This document shows, piece after piece, positions 21,131 through 29,519 of a stretch of DNA of 64,000 nucleotides (the first letter of the stretch is position 1; every line of letters starts with the position of its first letter). A program made the translations under genes and the position numbers. Location: assembly GCA_963674745.2 (NCBI GenBank), contig CAXXDV010000001.1, forward strand, positions 1,504,001-1,568,000, written 5' to 3'. Below the pieces are notes generated by a model, which had not been told where the DNA came from, did no database searches, and saw only the letters and a program-made list of their open reading frames with translations. This DNA comes from Desulfosudaceae bacterium. GTDB taxonomy: Bacteria > Desulfobacterota > Desulfobacteria > Desulfobacterales > Desulfosudaceae.

Positions 21131-21430
21131 TTATTTCTTAAAATCAGTTGCGGCTTCAACGATTTCTTCGTTTGTGCTTTTAAGACCAAACTCAACTAAT
21201 TTTGTAACCAAATCTTGATCAAGGGTTTCGTAAACTTCCAGAAGCCGCCTAAAATGCCATTCGTCGGATAAGTTCAGCGTTTCCGCCGCAACATTTTCGA
21301 TATTTTCAAGAACCCATTTTTTTGGCATTGAGAGAATAATATCTCTCCCCTTCAAAATATTTGGCGTGTACGATGCGTCACATGCCAAGCCAACAGCTTC
21401 TTTCAAATTTTTGATATTTGTATCATTCAT
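21131..21430 (-). CDS. Cassette: hypothetical protein
   Basis: Start corrected to MNDTNIK. Confidence 0.75.
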   Translation of the reverse strand: MNDTNIKNLKEAVGLACDASYTPNILKGRDIILSMPKKWVLENIENVAAETLNLSDEWHFRRLLEVYETLDQDLVTKLVEFGLKSTNEEIVEAATDFKK

Positions 21431-21569
21431 ATTGCATATAACGGCGGCAGCCAAAGGGCGCCAGGGCTCCCACAGACTTGCCTTAAAGACGGTTAATGTT
21501 TATTTCCCCCCGAATGTTCAAAAGCCGAATGCCCTGGCGATCCTCTTGAGCTGCCTTGTTCGGCCATAA

Positions 21570-21953
21570 TTATTTATATTGGAGGAATAAAATAGCTCCT
21601 AACACAGTAATGATTAACGATATGGCAAGAGCGATACTAAGTCCCTTCATTGCCTGGAAAAAATTATTACGACCTGTTTCAGCTACTTCATTCTCAAAAA
21701 CATTACGCAAATGGGGAATTAAATATGCAATGCCATTTATAGCCATAAGCCCCAGAATTTTCCCAAAGATAAAACACGGGAGGATAATCGCGAGCGGCCA
21801 TAAATTATCTGTTTGAAGAAGACCTTTGATACTTGAGTTTTCAATTTTAGCAAGGCAGATCAACATAATATATATTGTCGCGAAGGCAATAAAATATGAA
21901 ATTGGCATTAGCGCCAATCGTAATTTTCTACCTTGTGATGTAAATGGTTGCAT
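21570..21953 (-). CDS. Cassette: 3-TM membrane protein
   Basis: Start corrected to MQPFTSQG. Confidence 0.75.
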   Translation of the reverse strand: MQPFTSQGRKLRLALMPISYFIAFATIYIMLICLAKIENSSIKGLLQTDNLWPLAIILPCFIFGKILGLMAINGIAYLIPHLRNVFENEVAETGRNNFFQAMKGLSIALAISLIITVLGAILFLQYK

Positions 21954-22010
21954 ATTATGTGTCGGCCGAACGTCTGAAGCCAATGGCAGCCAGGGCTACC
22001 ACTGACTTGG

Positions 22011-22532
22011 TTAAAGATTTTGGTTGTTCCACTCCCCCGACTTTTCAAAACCCGAATGCCCTGGCTGTCCACTTGCGCTTCTTTGTTCTGCATCAATAAT
22101 ATAACTTTTGTGTTTAAGGAAGAAGTAAATACAAAAGAGAAGGCAAACACAAAACGTAATTAAAAAATCTTTCCATCCAGTAAATTCCCATGTGTATTTT
22201 GCAACTCCTGGTATTGTATAAATTGCTTCCCATACAATTATTGCCACATATAGAAAAAGACATACCAGTGAAGCCCAGTGTTTATTTCTAAAAAGTCCAA
22301 GTGCTCCAACAATTCCCACAAGCCCCCACAGTGAGAAAAAACCAGTAGAAAGGATCCATCGAATAGTCCAGTCTGTCTTATTGAATGCATCATCCATAAA
22401 TTCCGAGGGCATTGTACCCAAGCTATTTGCGAGGGAGTGTGAATTGATAAGGCAGGGTATGCCATAATACAACAAATATACTGAAAAGATCAGAATCAGA
22501 GTGGCAATGATGTTGTTAATCAATTTTTTCAT
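22011..22532 (-). CDS. Cassette: 4-TM protein reading into its attC (copy 1)
   Basis: Stop codon inside attC 21965-22091; identical to 23039-23560. Confidence 0.78.
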   Translation of the reverse strand: MKKLINNIIATLILIFSVYLLYYGIPCLINSHSLANSLGTMPSEFMDDAFNKTDWTIRWILSTGFFSLWGLVGIVGALGLFRNKHWASLVCLFLYVAIIVWEAIYTIPGVAKYTWEFTGWKDFLITFCVCLLFCIYFFLKHKSYIIDAEQRSASGQPGHSGFEKSGEWNNQNL

Positions 22533-22666
22533 GCAGAACGTCCGCCACCACCGGCGAGCAGGGATTGCGGACTTCGCTAAAGTGAGTTTAACTCCAAATT
22601 ACGCCAGACCAAAAACAGCCCGCCCCTGCGAGTCAGCGTGAGTGGCGTTGTTGTGCAGGTTGTTAA

Positions 22667-22972
22667 TTAATAAAAGCTTAAACCACCGGTTTTAAATGCT
22701 GAAATGATAACTGTAGCCCAAAATATAAATGGACTTAAAATATGAAAAAAAACCAAAAGTATTGCATTTTTCCGTTTTGATGATGAATGGCAGTTTATGA
22801 ATGATTTATAAAATGAAGCAATATTTTTCAAATCACCAAGAAAGGATTTAATCATTCCTAAAGAGCTTATCTTATCTGTACTGTTTGTGTCTATAATTCT
22901 GACAAAATATATGAATGAACCACCAAAAAATATTGTGCAAAAAGCTATGATGATCAGTGATAATAGAGGCAT
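22667..22972 (-). CDS. Cassette: small membrane protein
   Basis: Fills the cassette. Confidence 0.7.
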   Translation of the reverse strand: MPLLSLIIIAFCTIFFGGSFIYFVRIIDTNSTDKISSLGMIKSFLGDLKNIASFYKSFINCHSSSKRKNAILLVFFHILSPFIFWATVIISAFKTGGLSFY

Positions 22973-23038
22973 TTATTCGAATATCCTGTCCTGCACAACG
23001 TCTGAAGCCAATGGCAGCCAGGGCTACCACTGACTTGG

Positions 23039-23560
23039 TTAAAGATTTTGGTTGTTCCACTCCCCCGACTTTTCAAAACCCGAATGCCCTGGCTGTCCAC
23101 TTGCGCTTCTTTGTTCTGCATCAATAATATAACTTTTGTGTTTAAGGAAGAAGTAAATACAAAAGAGAAGGCAAACACAAAACGTAATTAAAAAATCTTT
23201 CCATCCAGTAAATTCCCATGTGTATTTTGCAACTCCTGGTATTGTATAAATTGCTTCCCATACAATTATTGCCACATATAGAAAAAGACATACCAGTGAA
23301 GCCCAGTGTTTATTTCTAAAAAGTCCAAGTGCTCCAACAATTCCCACAAGCCCCCACAGTGAGAAAAAACCAGTAGAAAGGATCCATCGAATAGTCCAGT
23401 CTGTCTTATTGAATGCATCATCCATAAATTCCGAGGGCATTGTACCCAAGCTATTTGCGAGGGAGTGTGAATTGATAAGGCAGGGTATGCCATAATACAA
23501 CAAATATACTGAAAAGATCAGAATCAGAGTGGCAATGATGTTGTTAATCAATTTTTTCAT
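23039..23560 (-). CDS. Cassette: 4-TM protein reading into its attC (copy 2)
   Basis: Identical to 22011-22532. Confidence 0.78.
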   Translation of the reverse strand: MKKLINNIIATLILIFSVYLLYYGIPCLINSHSLANSLGTMPSEFMDDAFNKTDWTIRWILSTGFFSLWGLVGIVGALGLFRNKHWASLVCLFLYVAIIVWEAIYTIPGVAKYTWEFTGWKDFLITFCVCLLFCIYFFLKHKSYIIDAEQRSASGQPGHSGFEKSGEWNNQNL

Positions 23561-23689
23561 GCAGAACGTCCGCCACCACCGGCGAGCAGGGAATGGTGAC
23601 TATTGCAAAGCCACGTTAACACCAGACCACGAAATTTAAAAAGCAGCCCGCCCCTGCGAGTCCGTGTGAGTGGCGTTGTTAGCTCTTTT

Positions 23690-24055
23690 TTAAAATAATT
23701 TTATACTGTATCGGTCTACCAACATTAGAGCACCCAAAAGCGAAATCCCGCCAAATGTTAAATTATAAAGAAACGCCCAGCTAAAATAAACAAGGGCATC
23801 TCTTCTGCTTCGTTTGGTTGTGATATTTAAAACTTCTGCAACTAAAGTAATTGCGAGAACGATTACGAAAAGCAATGCGCCACTCAACAAGATTATTCCG
23901 AGCCACAAAAGAGCGGCTGGGAAACCTGATTTTATCCATGCGATGATGAACGCAATGCCAGAGATCCATCCCACCGATGCAAAACTCCAGATTGCCCCCA
24001 AAATCATTCCTTGATGCAAGCTGATTCTTCGTTCAATTTTCTCTGGAGTATCCAT
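23690..24055 (-). CDS. Cassette: 3-TM membrane protein
   Basis: Fills the cassette. Confidence 0.75.
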   Translation of the reverse strand: MDTPEKIERRISLHQGMILGAIWSFASVGWISGIAFIIAWIKSGFPAALLWLGIILLSGALLFVIVLAITLVAEVLNITTKRSRRDALVYFSWAFLYNLTFGGISLLGALMLVDRYSIKLF

Positions 24056-24181
24056 ATTGTAGAGCTAACGTCCGCCACCACCGGCGAGCAGGGCTTGCGG
24101 ACTTCGCTAAAGTAAAGTTCAACTCCAAATAACGCCAAAGCCAAAACAGCCCGCCCCTGCGAGTCTGTGTGAGTGGCGTTG

Positions 24182-24658
24182 TTATATTTTGCCTGTATTA
24201 ATTTTATCTATAGCACGATCAAATTTGACCACCAATTCATTTAAAGTATCAACTGGACTCTTAGTAAAGGCTTTATCAGTAGGGTATAATGGCGCTACCC
24301 ATTCGCATTCTTTGCAATTTTCGGCTATTGCAATCATTATGGTCAAAGACCCTTTCCAAGATTCAATTATTTCATGCGGGTCACAGTTTGGAAAAACTTG
24401 CATCAATTTTTCCATCATTTTCTTTGTTGGGCTTTGAAGCAAATTTATCACTTCAAGAGAATATTTAATCACATCTTTCGAGGCAGACGTCCTTGGCATT
24501 CCGACACAAATCGAAAAGCGCCAAAACCATTCCGCACATTCTTCTGAAATATCCGTGAAATATTCAGAATAGCTCAACAGGTCAAGTGAAGATGCATATT
24601 CGGGAAGAACGTGCATTTCAAATATGATTAATCTTGGATATTCTTTATATTGCCACAT
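24182..24658 (-). CDS. Cassette: hypothetical protein (copy 1)
   Basis: Identical to 26190-26666. Confidence 0.75.
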   Translation of the reverse strand: MWQYKEYPRLIIFEMHVLPEYASSLDLLSYSEYFTDISEECAEWFWRFSICVGMPRTSASKDVIKYSLEVINLLQSPTKKMMEKLMQVFPNCDPHEIIESWKGSLTIMIAIAENCKECEWVAPLYPTDKAFTKSPVDTLNELVVKFDRAIDKINTGKI

Positions 24659-24803
24659 ATCTTATAAAATATAACGGCGGCAGCCAAAAGCAGCCAGGGC
24701 TTCCACTGCCTTCCTTGAAGTTTTTTACTGTTCAATAATCCCCGGTTGTTCAAAAACGCCTTAGCCCTGGATGTCTTCTTGGGCTGCCTTGTTATAAATC
24801 TAA

Positions 24804-25247
24804 TTATATAATGAAAGGCAGGCAAGCAATTAATAAAAATAATAATATATTGAATGCGAGCACAAAATAAGCATATACAAGTTGCATCCTACCTATATAT
24901 TTATGCTCAGGTGCAATATATTGATTACCACAATTAGGGCAAACTACTAAAGATGGGTTTAATATATTTCCAAAGAATGAAAAAGATTTTTCATTTCTGG
25001 ACAATTTTTCGAAAAAGTTATTGATTGCAAATCTTACATTCGAAAATGTGAAATGTCTATTGTTAGATTTGAACTTAAATGGACCTAAATTTTTAAACGG
25101 ATAGTATCCATATTTTAAGTTCCTTGACACTCTAAATTTTCGATCACATTTTGGACATTTAGTAAATGTCATAAAAGATAAAATACCTAAAATAAATGAT
25201 AAAGAAACGGCGAATATCAAAAAAATCAGAATCAAAAAAGGATCCAT
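24804..25247 (-). CDS. Cassette: membrane protein with split zinc ribbon
   Basis: CPKC...CPNC flanked by TM helices. Confidence 0.72.
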   Translation of the reverse strand: MDPFLILIFLIFAVSLSFILGILSFMTFTKCPKCDRKFRVSRNLKYGYYPFKNLGPFKFKSNNRHFTFSNVRFAINNFFEKLSRNEKSFSFFGNILNPSLVVCPNCGNQYIAPEHKYIGRMQLVYAYFVLAFNILLFLLIACLPFII

Positions 25248-25269
25248 TTCTCATCTCTATGATTTATAA

Positions 25270-26076
25270 CGTCTGCAGCCAAAGTAGCCAGGGCTTCCAG
25301 TGACTGACTTTAAGGTGGTTGATGTTCAATTTCCCCCGAATGTTCAAAAGCCGAATGCCCTGGCTATCATTTGGGCTGCTTGGTTAAGTGCCCGCATTAT
25401 TGAGAAAGACTTTAACGACAGCATGGGCAAATAAATTAAAATGATATTTTTCTTTTTACGCCTTGTCCATCATGAACTTATGAAAACGGGTAGGTCTCTT
25501 TTCATCCGGACAAATAAAGGCGCAAAATCAAACAGTCCCGCCAGATCAAAATACAGCTTATCTTTACTGATTGAAAATATCAATCTGGTGACAATTTCCA
25601 TAGTGGCAACGAAGATCATTTTTCGTCAAAATTCTTTTTTTATTTTTTCCCGTACAGATTAAGTGCACTTAACGTCTGCAGCCAAAGTAGCCAGGGCTTC
25701 CAGTGACTGACTTTAAGGTGGTTGATGTTCAATTTCCCCCGAATGTTCAAAAGCCGAATGCCCTGGCTATCATTTGGGCTGCTTGGTTAAGTGCCCGCAT
25801 TATTCAGAAAGACTTAAACGACAGCATGGGCAAATAAAATAAAATGATATTTTTCTTTTTACGCCTTGTCCATCATGAACTTATGAAAACGGGTAGGTCT
25901 CTTTTCATCCGGACAAATAAAGGCGCATTATCATTTGGCCGCGCCAGTTCGAAATTACAATTTATCTTTACTGGACAAAAATATCAACTTGGTGACAATT
26001 ACCATTTTGGCAACGAATGTCGATTTCAGCCAAAACTCTTTTTTATTTGTTTCCCGTACAGATTCAGTGCACTTAA
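25270..26076 (-). mobile_element. Two tandem ORF-less family A cassettes (25270-25672 canonical; 25673-26076 mosaic variant)
   Basis: Direct match to family A. Confidence 0.9.
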
Positions 26077-26189
26077 CGTCCGCCACCACCGGCGAGCAGG
26101 GCTTGCGGACTTCGCTAAAGTAAAGTTCAACTCCAAATAACGCCAAAGCCAAAACAGCCCGCCCCTGCGAGTCTGTGTGAGTGGCGTTG

Positions 26190-26666
26190 TTATATTTTGC
26201 CTGTATTAATTTTATCTATAGCACGATCAAATTTGACCACCAATTCATTTAAAGTATCAACTGGACTCTTAGTAAAGGCTTTATCAGTAGGGTATAATGG
26301 CGCTACCCATTCGCATTCTTTGCAATTTTCGGCTATTGCAATCATTATGGTCAAAGACCCTTTCCAAGATTCAATTATTTCATGCGGGTCACAGTTTGGA
26401 AAAACTTGCATCAATTTTTCCATCATTTTCTTTGTTGGGCTTTGAAGCAAATTTATCACTTCAAGAGAATATTTAATCACATCTTTCGAGGCAGACGTCC
26501 TTGGCATTCCGACACAAATCGAAAAGCGCCAAAACCATTCCGCACATTCTTCTGAAATATCCGTGAAATATTCAGAATAGCTCAACAGGTCAAGTGAAGA
26601 TGCATATTCGGGAAGAACGTGCATTTCAAATATGATTAATCTTGGATATTCTTTATATTGCCACAT
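26190..26666 (-). CDS. Cassette: hypothetical protein (copy 2)
   Basis: Identical to 24182-24658. Confidence 0.75.
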   Translation of the reverse strand: MWQYKEYPRLIIFEMHVLPEYASSLDLLSYSEYFTDISEECAEWFWRFSICVGMPRTSASKDVIKYSLEVINLLQSPTKKMMEKLMQVFPNCDPHEIIESWKGSLTIMIAIAENCKECEWVAPLYPTDKAFTKSPVDTLNELVVKFDRAIDKINTGKI

Positions 26667-26813
26667 ATCTTATAAAATATAACGTCCGCCACCACCGGCG
26701 AGCAGGGTTTGCGGACTTCGCTAAAGTAAGGTTAACACCAACCTATGCCTAAACCCAAGGCCGACCGCCCCTGCGAGTCCGAGTGGGTGGCGTTGTTATG
26801 TCTTTATATTTTT

Positions 26814-27191
26814 TTATAAGTTCCAAACTTGACCTGTGAGAATTATTAGACCCATTGTGATGTACATTGATATCGGTGGCAATAAAATGAGCCCGATAAC
26901 GCCTTTTAAAATCCGTTTCTTTTCGCTCCAATATGTACAAAAAAATATGGACGGAAGTACTAAATGCCCCATGTGTAAAACGGCTGAACCTACTTGGGTT
27001 ATTTCATTTGATTTCTCCCAGCCCGCTGCTCCGACATAACAGAATATGGATATGGCAATGAAGCTTATAACAATTAAAACCGTTTGCCTTTTGAGTTTGT
27101 CTTTCAATGTATTCCATATCAAAAACTGTACGATTGATATTCCGTAAATCAATAGAAAGTCTATGGCAATTTTAGTTGTAGGATAGATCAT
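26814..27191 (-). CDS. Cassette: 4-TM membrane protein
   Basis: Fills the cassette. Confidence 0.75.
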   Translation of the reverse strand: MIYPTTKIAIDFLLIYGISIVQFLIWNTLKDKLKRQTVLIVISFIAISIFCYVGAAGWEKSNEITQVGSAVLHMGHLVLPSIFFCTYWSEKKRILKGVIGLILLPPISMYITMGLIILTGQVWNL

Positions 27192-27322
27192 TTATTTTGA
27201 GACATAACGTCTTCAGCCAAAGGGCGCCAGGGCTTCCTCCGACTGACTTAAAGAAGGTTTAAGTTCAATTCAGCACGGCTGTTCAAAACCCGAATGCCCT
27301 GGTGGTCCTTTGCGCTGAATGG

Positions 27323-27745
27323 TTAGTTTCCAACTTTTATTTCTTTTATAATTCTCTTTTTGGTTTCAATTAAATGTTTCTTCAAATTAATTGCCCACTC
27401 TTCTTTCTCGGGCTCTAATCTTTTGATGCTTTCATTCAAATGTTGGATTGCATCGCTAAACTCGAAATATCGAAAATCCTTTTTCTCCCTTTCACTGACC
27501 GGGAATAAAGACTTGATTTGCGATAGTGGCATATCGCGATAAACAACAACCTTAATATCATCTTTAGAATTTGGATCGCTACTGCCGTGGTTATTCCATT
27601 GCCACCATTCCATCCCAATTTTTTCGTAAACCATAGATTGTGGGCCAAAATCTTCATAATCGAAAACCCCGTATGGCTTCGTTGAATTCAGGCAGCTCGA
27701 AACACAAAAAAAGCAGAGTATCAAGAGTAGCGTATGAAATTTCAT
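27323..27745 (-). CDS. First cassette of the array: putative lipoprotein
   Basis: Signal peptide with VSSC; stop codon in the R'' box. Confidence 0.78.
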   Translation of the reverse strand: MKFHTLLLILCFFCVSSCLNSTKPYGVFDYEDFGPQSMVYEKIGMEWWQWNNHGSSDPNSKDDIKVVVYRDMPLSQIKSLFPVSEREKKDFRYFEFSDAIQHLNESIKRLEPEKEEWAINLKKHLIETKKRIIKEIKVGN

Positions 27746-27750
27746 AATGA

Positions 27751-27770
27751 AACTAACAATGTTATTAGAT
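27751..27770 (-). other. Putative attI site at the head of the array
   Basis: Minus strand reads TCTAATAACATTGTTAGTT. GTTAGTT matches the first cassette's R'' box but is not preceded by an attC hairpin. The AAC-NNN-GTT spacing is as in attI1. Confidence 0.75.
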
Positions 27771-27871
27771 AGAATTTCTCGATTACATCCCCCTTGAATA
27801 TAATTAGCTATAATTTTTATTAATTACAAGCGAATTGTGATTAGCGCTATTTTTGTATATAAATAATTAGA

Positions 27872-27884
27872 AATCAATAGTTTA
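27872..27884 (+). promoter_or_regulatory. IHF-consensus site upstream of attI
   Basis: AATCAATAGTTTA matches WATCAANNNNTTR exactly; the AT-rich context lowers specificity. Confidence 0.4.
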
Positions 27885-28141
27885 TGTAAAATATTGGTAA
27901 GCCTAAATGGTTTTGCGATTCTTGTTTTCGTGCCATATGGGCTTCTTAGTCGGAATTTCTCGATAAAATTGGTTTTACTTATCAATTTGTTTTCAGGATC
28001 AGGGTGGAACCATGGCTGAATTCGTCAACCATTTGTTTTTAATGTTAATAAATATTAGAAGTCAGGTTCGATATTATGGGGGCCGGATAGTGCCTTTTTT
28101 TCGTTAATCGGGCAGGGATACATTGAAAAGAGGGTGAATCG

Positions 28142-28798
28142 TCAAGGCGAGGCTTCGTGTTGAATCAAAAAGGCATAAGCCAAGAAGCGGCCGTCATGGC
28201 TCAGGCTGATGCTGATGCCGGATTCCTCGCCGTTGATATACACCACGGGAAACAGGCTGTGTTTTTCATGACCGGTGTTGGTGATGGTCACATCATTTTC
28301 TGATAATGACAGGGCTGAAGCGATCTTTCTTCGTGCCGATGCCCGCACCATGCGTGATTGGAATTTTGAGCTTCTGCAGAAATCCGGCTGTGGAAGATCA
28401 TTTATGGTCTCAATGCCGTAGCGGACGGTTTTGGCGGCCGGAGACGTTTGGGCACCAAAGCAGTGAATAAACGCCTGGTTTTGCAAGGCCCTGACATGGA
28501 CCAGGCCAAAAGGTGTTGTAACCCGTCCCCGGATATCTTTTCCGCTTTCCGGGGTATCGAGGCACACGTCGTATCGCCGGGGCGCCGAAGATACGGCCGG
28601 GCAGATTTTGGCGGTAATTTTGTAGGCGGTTTCCTTGGCCGCCCAGAACAACTGCAGCAGGCTGTCCTGTTTATGGGATTTCATGAGGACCTGATGCTCG
28701 CGGGGTGTTAAGACCCGCTGCACAAATTTCCGGTCGTCGCTTTTTCCTTTTACATAAGGAGAGGACATATCAACGATGTCATTGCCCACGTGCATCAA
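28142..28798 (-). CDS. 4'-phosphopantetheinyl transferase (ACPS superfamily)
   Basis: VGNDIVD, WAAKETAYK and ISLSHDG motifs. Confidence 0.9.
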   Translation of the reverse strand: MMHVGNDIVDMSSPYVKGKSDDRKFVQRVLTPREHQVLMKSHKQDSLLQLFWAAKETAYKITAKICPAVSSAPRRYDVCLDTPESGKDIRGRVTTPFGLVHVRALQNQAFIHCFGAQTSPAAKTVRYGIETINDLPQPDFCRSSKFQSRMVRASARRKIASALSLSENDVTITNTGHEKHSLFPVVYINGEESGISISLSHDGRFLAYAFLIQHEASP

Positions 28799-29519
28799 AA
28801 TACGTTTTTTCCATTTCAGCCAGTTTTTCGATGATTTGGCGGGAGTGCGCCCGATGCGCTTTCAGTCCTGACAGGTTGCGGTTTATCGCACACGTCTCTA
28901 CCGCAAATGAAAAAACGTCGTTGGGCACGGGGATATTGCTGTAGGATGCCTGGTGTTCCCCCCGCAGGTAGAGACACATGACCCGGCAGTCCGGGCGGCT
29001 GTCGACCAGCCGGCCCGGACCGTAGGAAAACGTTTCGGTGTTGATCCGGCCTGTCCGGGAACGGGTACCTTCCGGAAAAATCATAATGCTTTCGCCCTGT
29101 TCAAGAAGGTACCCGCATTTGGCAAAACAGGCCTTGATGGATTCCCGCTTGCCCCGGCGCACCACGGGGATGCATTTTAACACAAAGCACAGCAGGGTCA
29201 TGGCCGGGTTGCGCTGAAAATTCCGTTTTTCCGGAAGGTTCCAGGCCAGCAGGTGGTAATCGATCATATACCGCCAGACCGGGAACATGACATAGCTCAG
29301 GATAGCCGAATCGATCAAGGTCAGGTGATTGGCGCAGATGACCCAGGGGCCCTGGTGCGCATTAAAAAGGGCGGCGATCTTCTGTCTGTGTTTTTTCAGT
29401 TGGCTGACCCGGTAACCGGCCATCTTTATCAACAGAACCAGAATCGGCGCGGTCATAAAAATGGCGATTCGTCCTGAAAGATACTGAAGGTGCAGCAGAA
29501 AGAAGTCATGCCGTCTCAT
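28779..29519 (-). CDS. PlsC-like lysophospholipid acyltransferase
   Basis: NHLTLID (HX4D) and FPEGTRS motifs. Confidence 0.9.
   Translation of the reverse strand: MRRHDFFLLHLQYLSGRIAIFMTAPILVLLIKMAGYRVSQLKKHRQKIAALFNAHQGPWVICANHLTLIDSAILSYVMFPVWRYMIDYHLLAWNLPEKRNFQRNPAMTLLCFVLKCIPVVRRGKRESIKACFAKCGYLLEQGESIMIFPEGTRSRTGRINTETFSYGPGRLVDSRPDCRVMCLYLRGEHQASYSNIPVPNDVFSFAVETCAINRNLSGLKAHRAHSRQIIEKLAEMEKTYFDARGQ

Larger units (their letters stand above)
432..26801 (-). repeat. attC sites, family X (CCACCACCGGCGAGCAGGG...CCCTGCGAGT on + strand): 17 copies plus one divergent site
   Basis: Copies at 1091-1213, 2003-2127, 4123-4246, 7035-7158, 9240-9363, 10450-10574, 11899-12022, 12968-13093, 13725-13848, 15159-15282, 17497-17621, 20998-21121, 22533-22656, 23561-23684, 24063-24187, 26071-26195, 26677-26801; divergent site at 432-556. 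Confidence 0.93.
1535..27328 (-). repeat. attC sites, family Y (GCCA...CCAGGGC...GCCCTGG on + strand): 34 copies
   Basis: Copies at 1535-1662, 2933-3054, 3412-3539, 4605-4731, 5023-5151, 5693-5820, 6164-6289, 6567-6694, 7459-7584, 8171-8298, 8726-8854, 9815-9942, 11027-11151, 11419-11545, 12451-12576, 14375-14499, 14767-14891, 15583-15711, 16031-16157, 16688-16813, 17094-17219, 18059-18186, 18721-18845, 19112-19237, 19515-19640, 19918-20044, 20458-20584, 21436-21564, 21965-22091, 22993-23119, 24669-24797, 25264-25389, 25667-25792, 27202-27328. Stems carry bulged (extrahelical) bases. Confidence 0.95.
1..27757 (-). mobile_element. Large integron gene-cassette array (53 cassettes, first partial; no intI in window)
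   Basis: Short minus-strand ORFs alternate with ~125-bp imperfect palindromes bounded by AAC...GTT core sites. Each cassette's 5' GTTRRRY end is complementary to its own 3' RYYYAAC end (e.g. GTTAGGTTCC/GGAACCTAAC for the 1208-1528 cassette). Visibly more AT-rich than the backbone. Confidence 0.97.

Noticed and set aside
3545..21983. Track N-terminal extensions such as MVADV, MAAAV, MAEDV, MASDV
   Set aside because: These starts lie inside the upstream attC; I used the first ATG within each cassette.
432..27328. CRISPR array
   Set aside because: Repeats are ~125 bp, variable and palindromic with AAC/GTT core sites; the intervening units are gene-sized; no cas genes are present. These are attC sites.
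27771..28141. intI gene or remnant upstream of attI
   Set aside because: Only ~370 bp, no ORF of 60 aa or more, and no tyrosine recombinase motif seen.
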